Part shown: positions 39,701-54,700 of the stretch, in pieces
Numbering within the stretch: position 1 is the first letter of the stretch
Layout: every line of letters starts with the position of its first letter
DNA from: Bugula neritina
Lineage: Eukaryota > Animalia > Bryozoa
Direction: 5' to 3'
Assembly: GCA_964035545.1 (NCBI GenBank)
Contig: OZ037766.1
Span: forward strand, 18,253,081 to 18,317,080
Length of the DNA stretch: 64,000 bases
Program-made: the position numbers and the translations under genes
The notes under the pieces: model-generated
The model's input: the letters and a program-made list of their open reading frames with translations, nothing else
Databases searched by the model: none
What the model was told of the DNA's origin: nothing

Positions 39701-42700
39701 TTGCAGTGTATTTCAGTATGTTACAGTGTATTTCAGTAGGTTTCAGTATCTTGCAGTATATCTCAGTATGTTACAGTTTATTTCAGTATGTTCCAGTATA
39801 TTTCAGCGTGTTTCAGTATATTTCAGTATGCCACAGTGCATTTTTAGATTTTTCACTATACTTCAGTGAGTTTTAGTGTCTTTCAGTATGTTGCAGTATA
39901 TTTCGGTATCTTGCAACTTATTTCAATGTGTTGCAATGTATTTCAATATGTTACAGTTTATTTCAGTATGTTGCAGCATGTTGCAGTGTATTTCAGTATG
40001 TTACAGTGTATTTCAGTAGGTTTCAGTATCTTGCAGTATATTTCAGTATGTTGCAGTATATTTCAGTGGGTTACAGTATATTCCAGTATGTTCCAGTATG
40101 TTGCAGTATATTTCAGTATGTTGCAGTGTGTTTCAGTATGTTACAGTGTATTTCAGTATGTTGCAGTATGTTGCAGTGTATTTCTGTATGTTACAGCGTA
40201 CTTCTGTATGTTACAGTGTATTTCAGTATGTTGCAGTATATTTCAGTATGTTACAGTATATTTCACTAAGTTGCAGTATATTTCAGTGGGTTATAGCATA
40301 TTGCAATATGATACAATGTATTTGAGTATGTTACAGTGTATTTCAGTATGTTGCAGTATTTTGCAATATATTTCAGTATGTTACAGTGTATTTCAGTATG
40401 TTGCAGTATATTTCAGTATGTTACAATAAATTTCAGTATGTTACAGTACATTTCCATAAATTACACAATACTTCAGTGAGCTGTAGTATATTTCAGTGTC
40501 TTGCAGTATATCTCAGTATGTTACAGCAAATTTCAATGTGTTGCAGTGTATTTCAATATGTTACAGTGTATTTCAGTATGTTGCAGCATGTTGCAGTATG
40601 CTGCAGTATGTTGCAGTGTATTTCTGTATGTTACAGTGTATTTCAGTATGTTGCAGTATATTTCAGTATGTTACAGTATATTTCAGTATGTTGCAGTATA
40701 TTTCAGTGGGTTATAGTGTATTTCAGTATGATACAGCGTATTTCAGTACGTTACAGTATATTTCAGTATGTTGCAGTATAATTCAGTATGTTACCATAAA
40801 ATACAGTATGTTACAGTACATTTCCGAAAATTACACTATACTTCAGTGAGTTGTAGTATATTTCAGTATCTCGCAGTATATCTCCGTATGTTACAGTATA
40901 TTTCAGTATGTTACAGAATATTTCAGTGTGTTACAGTAATTTCAGTATGTTACAGTGCATTTGCAGATATTACACTATACTTCAGTGAGTTTTAGTGTCT
41001 TTCAGTATGTTGCAGTATACTTCAGTATGTTGCAGTATTTTGCAATATATTTCAGTATGTTACAGTGTATTTCAGTACGTTGCCGTATATTTCAGTATGA
41101 TACAATAAATTTCAGTGTGTTACAGTACATTTCTGCAAACTACACTATACTTCAGTGAGTTGTAGTATATTTCAGTATCTTGCAGTATATCTCAGTATGT
41201 TGCAGTTTATTTCAGTATGTTCCAGTATATTTCAGCGTGTTTCAGTATATTTCAGTATGCCACAGTGCATTTTCAGATTTTTCACTATACTTCAGTGAGT
41301 TTTAGTGTCTTTCAGTATGTTGCAGTATAATTCAGTATCTTGCAACTTATTTCAATGTGTTGCAATGTATTTCAATATGTTACAGTGTATTTCAGTATGT
41401 TGCAGTATGTTGCAGTGTATTTCAGTATGTTACAGTGTATTTCAGTAGGTTTCAGTATCTTCCAGTATATTTCAGTATGTTACAGTATATTTCATTAAGT
41501 TGCAGTATGTTGCAGTATATTTCAGTAGTTTGCAACATATTTCAGTAGGTTACCATATATTTCGGTATGTTGAAGCATATTTCAATGTGTTGCAGTGTAT
41601 TTCAATATGTTACAGTGTATTTCAGTATGTTGCAGTATGTTGCAGTTTGCTGCAGTATGTTGCAGTGTATTTCTGTATGTTACAGTGTCTTTCAGTATGT
41701 TGCAGTATATTTCAGTTTGTTACAGTATATTTCAGTATGTTGCAGTATATTTCAGTGGGTTATAGTATATTTCATTATGATACAGCGTCTTTCAGTATGT
41801 TACAGTGTATTTCAGTATGTTGCAGTATATTTCAGTATGTTACAGTATATTTCAGTATGTTGCAGTATATTTCAGTGGGTTATAGTATATTTCAGTATGA
41901 TACAGCGTATTTCAGTATGTTACAGTGTATTTCAGTATGTTGCAGTATTTTGCAACATATTTCAGTACGTTACAGTATATTTCAGTATGTTGCAGTATAA
42001 TTCAGTATGTTACCATAAAATTCAGTATGTTACAGTACATTTCCGAAAATTACACTATACTTCAGTGAGTTGTAGTATATTTCAGTATCTCGCAGTACAT
42101 CTCCGTATGTTACAGTATATTTCAGTATGTTAGAGTATATTTCAGTGTGTTACAGTAATTTCAGTATGTTACAGTGCATTTGCAGATATTACACTATACT
42201 TCAGTGAGTTTTAGTGTCTTTCAGTATGTTGCAGTATACTTCAGTATGTTGCAGTATTTTGCAATATATTTCAGTATGTTACAGTGTATTTCAGTACGTT
42301 GCCGTATATTTCAGTATGATACAATAAATTTCAGTGTGTTACAGTACATTTCTGCAAACTACACTATACTTCAGTGAGTTGTAGTATGTTTCAGTATCTT
42401 GCAGTATATCTCAGTATGTTGCAGTTTATTTCAGTATGTTCCAGTATATTTCAGCGTGTTTCAGTATATTTCAGTATGCCACAGTGCATTTTCAGATTTT
42501 TCACTATACTTCAGTGAGTTTTAGTGTCTTTCAGTATGTTGCAGTATAATTCAGTATCTTGCAACTTATTTCAATGTGTTGCAATGTATTTCAATATGTT
42601 ACAGTGTATTTCAGTATGTTGCAGTATGTTGCAGTGTATTTCAGTATGTTACAGTGTATTTCAGTAGGTTTCAGTATCTTCCAGTATATTTCAGTATGTT

Positions 42701-45700
42701 ACAGTATATTTCATTAAGTTGCAGTATGTTGCAGTATATTTCAGTAGTTTGCAACATATTTCAGTAGGTTACCATATATTTCGGTATGTTGAAGCATATT
42801 TCAATGTGTTGCAGTGTATTTCAATATGTTACAGTGTATTTCAGTATGTTGCAGTATGTTGCAGTTTGCTGCAGTATGTTGCAGTGTATTTCTGTATGTT
42901 ACAGTGTATTTCAGTATGTTGCAGTATATTTCAGTTTGTTACAGTATATTTCAGTATGTTGCAGTATATTTCAGTGGGTTATAGTATATTTCATTATGAT
43001 ACAGCGTCTTTCAGTATGTTACAGTGTATTTCAGTATGTTGCAGTACTTTGCAATATGTTTCAGTATGTTACAGTGTATTTCAGTATGTTGCAGTATAAC
43101 TCAGTATGTTACAATAAATTTCAGTATGTTACAGTACATTTTCGTAAATTACACTATACTTCAGAGAGTTGTAGTATATTTCAGTATCTTGCAGTATATC
43201 TCAGTATGTTACAGTATATTTCAGTATGTTACAGTATATTTCACTGTGTTACAGTAAATTTCAATATGTTACAGTGCATTTGCAGATATTACACTATACT
43301 TCAGTGAGTTTTAGTGTCTTTCAGTATGTTACAGTGTATTTCAGTATGTTGCAGTGTATTTCAGTATGTTGCAGTATAATTCAGTATGTTACAATAAATT
43401 TCAGTATGTTACAGTACATTTTCGTAAATTACACTATACTTCAGTGAGTTGTAGTATATTTCATTATCTTGCAGTATATCTTAGTATGTTACAGTATATT
43501 TCAGTATGTTACAGTATATTTCACTGTGTTACACTAAATTTCAATATGTTACAGTGCATTTGCAGATATTACACTATACTTCAGTGAGTTTTAGTGTCTT
43601 TCAGTATGTTACAGTGTATTTCAGTATGTTGCAGTATAATTCAGTATGTTACAATAAGTTTCAGTATGTTACAGTACATTTCCGTAAATTACACTATACT
43701 TCAGTGAGTTGTAGCATATTTCAGTATCTCGCAGTATATCTCAGTATGTTACAGTATATTTCAGTATGTTACAGTATATTTCAGTGTGTTACAGTAAATT
43801 TCAGTATGTTACAGTGCATTTGCAGATATTACACTATACTTCAGTGAGTTTTAGTGTCTTTTAGTATGTTGCAGTATATTTAAGTATGTTGCAGTTTTTT
43901 GCAATATATTTTAGTATGTTACAGTGTATTTCAGTACGTTGCAGTATATTTCAGTATGATGCAATAAATTTCAGTGTGTTACAGTACATTTCTGCAAATT
44001 ACGCTATACTTCAGTGAGTTGTAGTATATTTCAGTATCTTGCAGTATATCTCAGTATGTTACAGTTTATTTCAGTATGTTCCAGTATATTTCAGCGTGTT
44101 TCAGTATATTTCAGCATGCCACAGTGCACTTTTACATTTTTCACTATACTTCAGTGAGTTTTAGTGTCTTTCAGTATGTTGCAGTATATTTCGGTATCTT
44201 GCAACTTATTTCAATGTGTTGCAATATATTTTAATATGTTACAGTGTATTTCAGTATGTTGCAGCATGTTGCAGTGTATTTCAGTATGTTACAGTGTATT
44301 TCAGTAGGTTTCAGTATCTTGCAGTATATTTCAGTATGTTGTAGTGTATTTCAGTGGGTTACAGTATATTCCAGTATGTTCAAGTATGTTGCCGTGTATT
44401 TCAGTATGTTGCAGTGCATATCAGTATGTTATGGTGTATTTCAGTATGTTAAACCGTATTTCAGTATGTTGCAGTATTTTGCAATATATTTCAGTATGTT
44501 TCAGTATTTTGCAGTATATTTCAGTGTGTTACAGTGTATTTCAGTATATCACAGTGCATTTTCAGGTATTACACTATACTTCAGTGAGTTTTAGTGTCGT
44601 TCAGTATGTTGCATTATATTTCAGTATCTTGCAACATATTTCAATGTGTTGCAATGCATTTCAATATGTCACAATGTATTTCAGTATGTTGCAGTATGTT
44701 GCAGTGTATTTCAGTATGTTACAGTGTATTTCAGTAGGTTTCAGTATCTGGCAGTATATCTCAGTATGTTACAGTTTATTTCAGTATGTTCCAGTATAAT
44801 TCAGCGTGTTTCAGTATATTTCAGTATGCCACAGTGCATTTTTAGATTTTTCACTATACTTCAGTGAGTTTTAGTGTCTTTCAGTATGTTGCAGTATATT
44901 TCGGTATCTTGCAACTTATTTCAATGTGTTGCAATGTATTTCAATATGTTACAGTGTATTTCAGTATGTTGCAGCATGTTGCAGTGTATTTCAGTATGTT
45001 ACAGTGTATTTCAGTAGGTTTCAGTATCTTGCAGTATATTTCAGTATGTTGCAGTATATTTCAGTGGGTTACAGTATATTCCAGTATGTTCCAGTATGTT
45101 GCAGTATATTTCAGTATGTTGCAGTGTGTTTCAGTATGTTACAGTGTATTTCAGTATGTTGCAGTATGTTGCAGTGTATTTCTGTATGTTACAGCGTACT
45201 TCTGTATGTTACAGTGTATTTCAGTATGTTGCAGTATATTTCAGTATGTTACAGTATATTTCACTAAGTTGCAGTATATTTCAGTGGGTTATAGCATATT
45301 GCAATATGATACAATGTATTTGAGTATGTTACAGTGTATTTCAGTATGTTGCAGTATTTTGCAATATATTTCAGTATGTTACAGTGTATTTCAGTATGTT
45401 GCAGTATATTTCAGTATGTTACAATAAATTTCAGTATGTTACAGTACATTTCCGTAAATTACACTATACTTCAGTGAGCTGTAGTATATTTCAGTGTCTT
45501 GCAGTATATCTCAGTATGTTACAGCAAATTTCAATGTGTTGCAGTGTATTTCAATATGTTACAGTGTATTTCAGTATGTTGCAGCATGTTGCAGTATGCT
45601 GCAGTATGTTGCAGTGTATTTCTGTATGTTACAGTGTATTTCAGTATGTTGCAGTATATTTCAGTATGTTACAGTATATTTCAGTATGTTGCAGTATATT

Positions 45701-48700
45701 TCAGTGGGTTATAGTATATTTCAGTATGATACAGCGTATTTCAGTACGTTACAGTATATTTCAGTATGTTGCAGTATAATTCAGTATGTTACCATAAAAT
45801 TCAGTATGTTACAGTACATTTCCGAAAATTACACTATACTTCAGTGAGTTGTAGTATATTTCAGTATCTCGCAGTATATCTCCGTATGTTACAGTATATT
45901 TCAGTATGTTACAGAATATTTCAGTGTGTTACAGTAATTTCAGTATGTTACAGTGCATTTGCAGATATTACACTATACTTCAGTGAGTTTTAGTGTCTTT
46001 CAGTATGTTGCAGTATACTTCAGTATGTTGCAGTATTTTGCAATATATTTCAGTATGTTACAGTGTATTTCAGTACGTTGCCGTATATTTCAGTACGATA
46101 CAATAAATTTCAGTGTGTTACAGTACATTTCTGCAAACTACACTATACTTCAGTGAGTTGTAGTATATTTCAGTATCTTGCAGTATATCTCAGTATGTTG
46201 CAGTTTATTTCAGTATGTTCCAGTATATTTCAGCGTGTTTCAGTATATTTCAGTATGCCACAGTGCATTTTCAGATTTTTCACTATACTTCAGTGAGTTT
46301 TAGTGTCTTTCAGTATGTTGCAGTATAATTCAGTATCTTGCAACTTATTTCAATGTGTTGCAATGTATTTCAATATGTTACAGTGTATTTCAGTATGTTG
46401 CAGTATGTTGCAGTGTATTTCAGTATGTTACAGTGTATTTCAGTAGGTTTCAGTATCTTCCAGTATATTTCAGTATGTTACAGTATATTTCATTAAGTTG
46501 CAGTATGTTGCAGTATATTTCAGTAGTTTGCAACATATTTCAGTAGGTTACCATATATTTCGGTATGTTGAAGCATATTTCAATGTGTTGCAGTGTATTT
46601 CAATATGTTACAGTGTATTTCAGTATGTTGCAGTATGTTGCAGTTTGCTGCAGTATGTTGCAGTGTATTTCTGTATGTTACAGTGTATTTCAGTATGTTG
46701 CAGTATATTTCAGTTTGTTACAGTATATTTCAGTATGTTGCAGTATATTTCAGTGGGTTATAGTATATTTCATTATGATACAGCGTCTTTCAGTATGTTA
46801 CAGTGTATTTCAGTATGTTGCAGTATATTTCAGTATGTTACAGTATATTTCAGTATGTTGCAGTATATTTCAGTGGGTTATAGTATATTTCAGTATGATA
46901 CAGCGTATTTCAGTATGTTACAGTGTATTTCAGTATGTTGCAGTATTTTGCAACATATTTCGGTACGTTACAGTATATTTCAGTATGTTGCAGTATAATT
47001 CAGTATGTTACCATAAAATTCAGTATGTTACAGTACATTTCCGAAAATTACACTATACTTCAGTGAGTTGTAGTATATTTCAGTATCTCGCAGTACATCT
47101 CCGTATGTTACAGTATATTTCAGTATGTTACAGTATATTTCAGTGTGTTACAGTAATTTCAGTATGTTACAGTGCATTTGCAGATATTACACTATACTTC
47201 AGTGAGTTTTAGTGTCTTTCAGTATGTTGCAGTATACTTCAGTATGTTGCAGTATTTTGCAATATATTTCAGTATGTTACAGTGTATTTCAGTACGTTGC
47301 CGTATATTTCAGTATGATACAATAAATTTCAGTGTGTTACAGTACATTTCTGCAAACTACACTATACTTCAGTGAGTTGTAGTATATTTCAGTATCTTGC
47401 AGTATATCTCAGTATGTTGCAGTTTATTTCAGTATGTTCCAGTATATTTCAGCGTGTTTCAGTATATTTCAGTATGCCACAGTGCATTTTCAGATTTTTC
47501 ACTATACTTCAGTGAGTTTTAGTGTCTTTCAGTATGTTGCAGTATAATTCAGTATCTTGAAACTTATTTCAATGTGTTGCAATGTATTTCAATATGTTAC
47601 AGTGTATTTCAGTATGTTGCAGTATGTTGCAGTGTATTTCAGTATGTTACAGTGTATTTCAGTAGGTTTCAGTATCTTCCAGTATATTTCAGTATGTTAC
47701 AGCATATTTCAGTAAGTTGCAGTATGTTGCAGTATATTTCAGTAGTTTGCAACATATTTCAGTAGGTTACCATATATTTCGGTATGTTGAAGCAAATTTC
47801 AATGTGTTGCAGTGTATTTCAATATGTTACAGTGTATTTCAGTATGTTGCAGTATGTTGCAGTTTGCTGCAGTATGTTGCAGTGTATTTCTGTATGTTAC
47901 AGTGTATTTCAGTATGTTGCAGTATATTTCAGTTTGTTACAGTATATTTCAGTATGTTGCAGTATATTTCAGTGGGTTATAGTATATTTCATTATGATAC
48001 AGCGTCTTTCAGTATGTTACAGTGTATTTCAGTATGTTGCAGTACTTTGCAATATGTTTCAGTATGTTACAGTGTATTTCAGTATGTTGCAGTATAACTC
48101 AGTATGTTACAATAAATTTCAGTATGTTACAGTACATTTTCGTAAATTACACTATACTTCAGAGAGTTGTAGTATATTTCAGTATCTTGCAGTATATCTC
48201 AGTATGTTACAGTATATTTCAGTATGTTACAGTATGTTTCACTGTGTTACAGTAAATTTCAATATGTTACAGTGCATTTGCAGATATTACACTATACTTC
48301 AGTGAGTTTTAGTGTCTTTCAGTATGTTACAGTGTATTTCAGTATGTTGCAGTGTATTTCAGTATGTTGCAGTATAATTCAGTATGTTACAATAAATTTC
48401 AGTATGTTACAGTACATTTTCGTAAATTACACTATACTTCAGTGAGTTGTAGTATATTTCATTATCTTGCAGTATATCTTAGTATGTTACAGTATATTTC
48501 AGTATGTTACAGTATATTTCACTGTGTTACACTAAATTTCAATATGTTACAGTGCATTTGCAGATATTACACTATACTTCAGTGAGTTTTAGTGTCTTTC
48601 AGTATGTTACAGTGTATTTCAGTATGTTGCAGTATAATTCAGTATGTTACAATAAATTTCAGTATGTTACAGTACATTTCCGTAAATTACACTATACTTC

Positions 48701-51700
48701 AGTGAGTTGTAGCATATTTCAGTATCTTGCAGTATATCTCAGTATGTTACAGTATATTTCAGTATGTTACAGTATATTTCAGTGTGTTACAGTAAATTTC
48801 AGTATGTTACAGTGCATTTGCAGATATTACACTATACTTCAGTGGGTTTTAGTGTCTTTTAGTATGTTGCAGTATATTTAAGTATGTTGCAGTTTTTTGC
48901 AATATATTTTAGTATGTTACAGTGTATTTCAGTACGTTGCAGTATATTTCAGTATGATGCAATAAATTTCAGTGTGTTACAGTACATTTCTGCAAATTAC
49001 GCTATACTTCAGTGAGTTGTAGTATATTTCAGTATCTTGCAGTATATCTCAGTATGTTACAGTTTATTTCAGTATGTTCCAGTATATTTCAGCGTGTTTC
49101 AGTATATTTCAGCATGCCACAGTGCACTTTTACATTTTTCACTATACTTCAGTGAGTTTTAGTGTCTTTCAGTATGTTGCAGTATATTTCGGTATCTTGC
49201 AACTTATTTCAATGTGTTGCAATGTATTTTAATATGTTACAGTGTATTTCAGTATGTTGCAGCATGTTGCAGTGTATTTCAGTATGTTACAGTGTATTTC
49301 AGTAGGTTTCAGTATCTTGCAGTATATTTCAGTATGTTGTAGTGTATTTCAGTGGGTTACAGTATATTCCAGTATGTTCCAGTATGTTGCCGTGTATTTC
49401 AGTATGTTGCAGTGCATATCAGTATGTTACAGTGTATTTCAGTATGTTAAACCGTATTTCAGTATGTTGCAGTATTTTGCAATATATTTCAGTATGTTTC
49501 AGTATTTTGCAGTATATTTCAGTGTGTTACAGTGTATTTCAGTATATCACAGTGCATTTTCAGGTATTACACTATACTTCAGTGAGTTTTAGTGTCGTTC
49601 AGTATGTTGCATTATATTTCAGTATCTTGCAACATATTTCAATGTGTTGCAATGCATTTCAATATGTCACAATGTATTTCAGTATGTTGCAGTATGTTGC
49701 AGTGTATTTCAGTATGTTACAGTGTATTTCAGTAGGTTTCAGTATCTGGCAGTATATCTCAGTATGTTACAGTTTATTTCAGTATGTTCCAGTATATTTC
49801 AGCGTGTTTCAGTATATTTCAGTATGCCACAGTGCATTTTTAGATTTTTCACTATACTTCAGTGAGTTTTAGTGTCTTTCAGTATGTTGCAGTATATTTC
49901 GGTATCTTGCAACTTATTTCAATGTGTTGCAATGTATTTCAATATGTTACAGTGTATTTCAGTATGTTGCAGCATGTTGCAGTGTATTTCAGTATGTTAC
50001 AGTGTATTTCAGTAGGTTTCAGTATCTTGCAGTATATTTCAGTATGTTGCAGTATATTTCAGTGGGTTACAGTATATTCCAGTATGTTCCAGTATGTTGC
50101 AGTATATTTCAGTATGTTGCAGTGTGTTTCAGTATGTTACAGGGTATTTCAGTATGTTGCAGTATGTTGCAGTGTATTTCTGTATGTTACAGCGTACTTC
50201 TGTATGTTACAGTGTATTTCAGTATGTTGCAGTATATTTCAGTATGTTACAGTATATTTCACTAAGTTGCAGTATATTTCAGTGGGTTATAGCATATTGC
50301 AATATGATACAATGTATTTGAGTATGTTACAGTGTATTTCAGTATGTTGCAGTATTTTGCAATATATTTCAGTATGTTACAGTGTATTTCAGTATGTTGC
50401 AGTATATTTCAGTATGTTACAATAAATTTCAGTATGTTACAGTACATTTCCGTAAATTACACTATACTTCAGTGAGCTGTAGTATATTTCAGTGTCTTGC
50501 AGTATATCTCAGTATGTTACAGCAAATTTCAATGTGTTGCAGTGTATTTCAATATGTTACAGTGTATTTCAGTATGTTGCAGCATGTTGCAGTATGCTGC
50601 AGTATGTTGCAGTGTATTTCTGTATGTTACAGTGTATTTCAGTATGTTGCAGTATATTTCAGTATGTTACAGTATATTTCAGTATGTTGCAGTATATTTC
50701 AGTGGGTTATAGTATATTTCAGTATGATACAGCGTATTTCAGTACGTTACAGTATATTTCAGTATGTTGCAGTATAATTCAGTATGTTACCATAAAATTC
50801 AGTATGTTACAGTACATTTCCGAAAATTACACTATACTTCAGTGAGTTGTAGTATATTTCAGTATCTCGCAGTATATCTCCGTATGTTACAGTATATTTC
50901 AGTATGTTACAGAATATTTCAGTGTGTTACAGTAATTTCAGTATGTTACAGTGCATTTGCAGATATTACACTATACTTCAGTGAGTTTTAGTGTCTTTCA
51001 GTATGTTGCAGTATACTTCAGTATGTTGCAGTATTTTGCAATATATTTCAGTATGTTACAGTGTATTTCAGTACGTTGCCGTATATTTCAGTACGATACA
51101 ATAAATTTCAGTGTGTTACAGTACATTTCTGCAAACTACACTATACTTCAGTGAGTTGTAGTATATTTCAGTATCTTGCAGTATATCTCAGTATGTTGCA
51201 GTTTATTTCAGTATGTTCCAGTATATTTCAGCGTGTTTCAGTATATTTCAGTATGCCACAGTGCATTTTCAGATTTTTCACTATACTTCAGTGAGTTTTA
51301 GTGTCTTTCAGTATGTTGCAGTATAATTCAGTATCTTGCAACTTATTTCAATGTGTTGCAATGTATTTCAATATGTTACAGTGTATTTCAGTATGTTGCA
51401 GTATGTTGCAGTGTATTTCAGTATGTTACAGTGTATTTCAGTAGGTTTCAGTATCTTGCAGTATATTTCAGTATGTTACAGTATATTTCATTAAGTTGCA
51501 GTATGTTGCAGTATATTTCAGTAGTTTGCAACATATTTCAGTAGGTTACCATATATTTCGGTATGTTGAAGCATATTTCAATGTGTTGCAGTGTATTTCA
51601 ATATGTTACAGTGTATTTCAGTATGTTGCAGTATGTTGCAGTTTGCTGCAGTATGTTGCAGTGTATTTCTGTATGTTACAGTGTATTTCAGTATGTTGCA

Positions 51701-54700
51701 GTATATTTCAGTTTGTTACAGTATATTTCAGTATGTTGCAGTATATTTCAGTGGGTTATAGTATATTTCATTATGATACAGCGTCTTTCAGTATGTTACA
51801 GTGTATTTCAGTATGTTGCAGTATATTTCAGTATGTTACAGTATATTTCAGTATGTTGCAGTATATTTCAGTGGGTTATAGTATATTTCAGTATGATACA
51901 GCGTATTTCAGTATGTTACAGTGTATTTCAGTATGTTGCAGTATTTTGCAACATATTTCGGTACGTTACAGTATATTTCAGTATGTTGCAGTATAATTCA
52001 GTATGTTACCATAAAATTCAGTATGTTACAGTACATTTCCGAAAATTACACTATACTTCAGTGAGTTGTAGTATATTTCAGTATCTCGCAGTACATCTCC
52101 GTATGTTACAGTATATTTCAGTATGTTACAGTATATTTCAGTGTGTTACAGTAATTTCAGTATGTTACAGTGCATTTGCAGATATTACACTATACTTCAG
52201 TGAGTTTTAGTGTCTTTCAGTATGTTGCAGTATACTTCAGTATGTTGCAGTATTTTGCAATATATTTCAGTATGTTACAGTGTATTTCAGTACGTTGCCG
52301 TATATTTCAGTATGATACAATAAATTTCAGTGTGTTACAGTACATTTCTGCAAACTACACTATACTTCAGTGAGTTGTAGTATATTTCAGTATCTTGCAG
52401 TATATCTCAGTATGTTGCAGTTTATTTCAGTATGTTCCAGTATATTTCAGCGTGTTTCAGTATATTTCAGTATGCCACAGTGCATTTTCAGATTTTTCAC
52501 TATACTTCAGTGAGTTTTAGTGTCTTTCAGTATGTTGCAGTATAATTCAGTATCTTGAAACTTATTTCAATGTGTTGCAATGTATTTCAATATGTTACAG
52601 TGTATTTCAGTATGTTGCAGTATGTTGCAGTGTATTTCAGTATGTTACAGTGTATTTCAGTAGGTTTCAGTATCTTCCAGTATATTTCAGTATGTTACAG
52701 CATATTTCAGTAAGTTGCAGTATGTTGCAGTATATTTCAGTAGTTTGCAACATATTTCAGTAGGTTACCATATATTTCGGTATGTTGAAGCAAATTTCAA
52801 TGTGTTGCAGTGTATTTCAATATGTTACAGTGTATTTCAGTATGTTGCAGTTTGTTGCAGTTTGCTGCAGTATGTTGCAGTGTATTTCTGTATGTTACAG
52901 TGTATTTCAGTATGTTGCAGTATATTTCAGTTTGTTACAGTATATTTCAGTATGTTGCAGTATATTTCAGTGGGTTATAGTATATTTCATTATGATACAG
53001 CGTCTTTCAGTATGTTACAGTGTATTTCAGTATGTTGCAGTACTTTGCAATATGTTTCAGTATGTTACAGTGTATTTCAGTATGTTGCAGTATAACTCAG
53101 TATGTTACAATAAATTTCAGTATGTTACAGTACATTTTCGTAAATTACACTATACTTCAGAGAGTTGTAGTATATTTCAGTATCTTGCAGTATATCTCAG
53201 TATGTTACAGTATATTTCAGTATGTTACAGTATGTTTCACTGTGTTACAGTAAATTTCAATATGTTACAGTGCATTTGCAGATATTACACTATACTTCAG
53301 TGAGTTTTAGTGTCTTTCAGTATGTTACAGTGTATTTCAGTATGTTGCAGTGTATTTCAGTATGTTGCAGTATAATTCAGTATGTTACAATAAATTTCAG
53401 TATGTTACAGTACATTTTCGTAAATTACACTATACTTCAGTGAGTTGTAGTATATTTCATTATCTTGCAGTATATCTTAGTATGTTACAGTATATTTCAG
53501 TATGTTACAGTATATTTCACTGTGTTACACTAAATTTCAATATGTTACAGTGCATTTGCAGATATTACACTATACTTCAGTGAGTTTTAGTGTCTTTCAG
53601 TATGTTACAGTGTATTTCAGTATGTTGCAGTATAATTCAGTATGTTACAATAAATTTCAGTATGTTACAGTACATTTCCGTAAATTACACTATACTTCAG
53701 TGAGTTGTAGCATATTTCAGTATCTCGCAGTATATCTCAGTATGTTACAGTATATTTCAGTATGTTACAGTATATTTCAGTGTGTTACAGTAAATTTCAG
53801 TATGTTACAGTGCATTTGCAGATATTACACTATACTTCAGTGGGTTTTAGTGTATTTTAGTATGTTGCAGTATATTTAAGTATGTTGCAGTTTTTTGCAA
53901 TATATTTTAGTATGTTACAGTGTATTTCAGTACGTTGCAGTATATTTCAGTATGATGCAATAAATTTCAGTGTGTTACAGTACATTTCTGCAAATTACGC
54001 TATACTTCAGTGAGTTGTAGTATATTTCAGTATCTTGCAGTATATCTCAGTATGTTACAGTTTATTTCAGTATGTTCCAGTATATTTCAGCGTGTTTCAG
54101 TATATTTCAGCATGCCACAGTGCACTTTTACATTTTTCACTATACTTCAGTGAGTTTTAGTGTCTTTCAGTATGTTGCAGTATATTTCGGTATCTTGAAA
54201 CTTATTTCAATGTGTTGCAATGTATTTCAATATGTTACAGTGTATTTCAGTATGTTGCAGTATATTTCAGTGGGTTATAGTATATTTCAGTATGATACAG
54301 CGTATTTCAGTATGTTACAGTGTATTTCAGTATGTTGCAGTATTTTGCAACATATTTCGGTACGTTACAGTATATTTCAGTATGTTGCAGTATAATTCAG
54401 TATGTTACCATAAAATTCAGTATGTTACAGTACATTTCCGAAAATTACACTATACTTCAGTGAGTTGTAGTATATTTCAGTATCTCGCAGTACATCTCCG
54501 TATGTTACAGTATATTTCAGTATGTTACAGTATATTTCAGTGTGTTACAGTAATTTCAGTATGTTACAGTGCATTTGCAGATATTACACTATACTTCAGT
54601 GAGTTTTAGTGTCTTTCAGTATGTTGCAGTATACTTCAGTATGTTGCAGTATTTTGCAATATATTTCAGTATGTTACAGTGTATTTCAGTACGTTGCCGT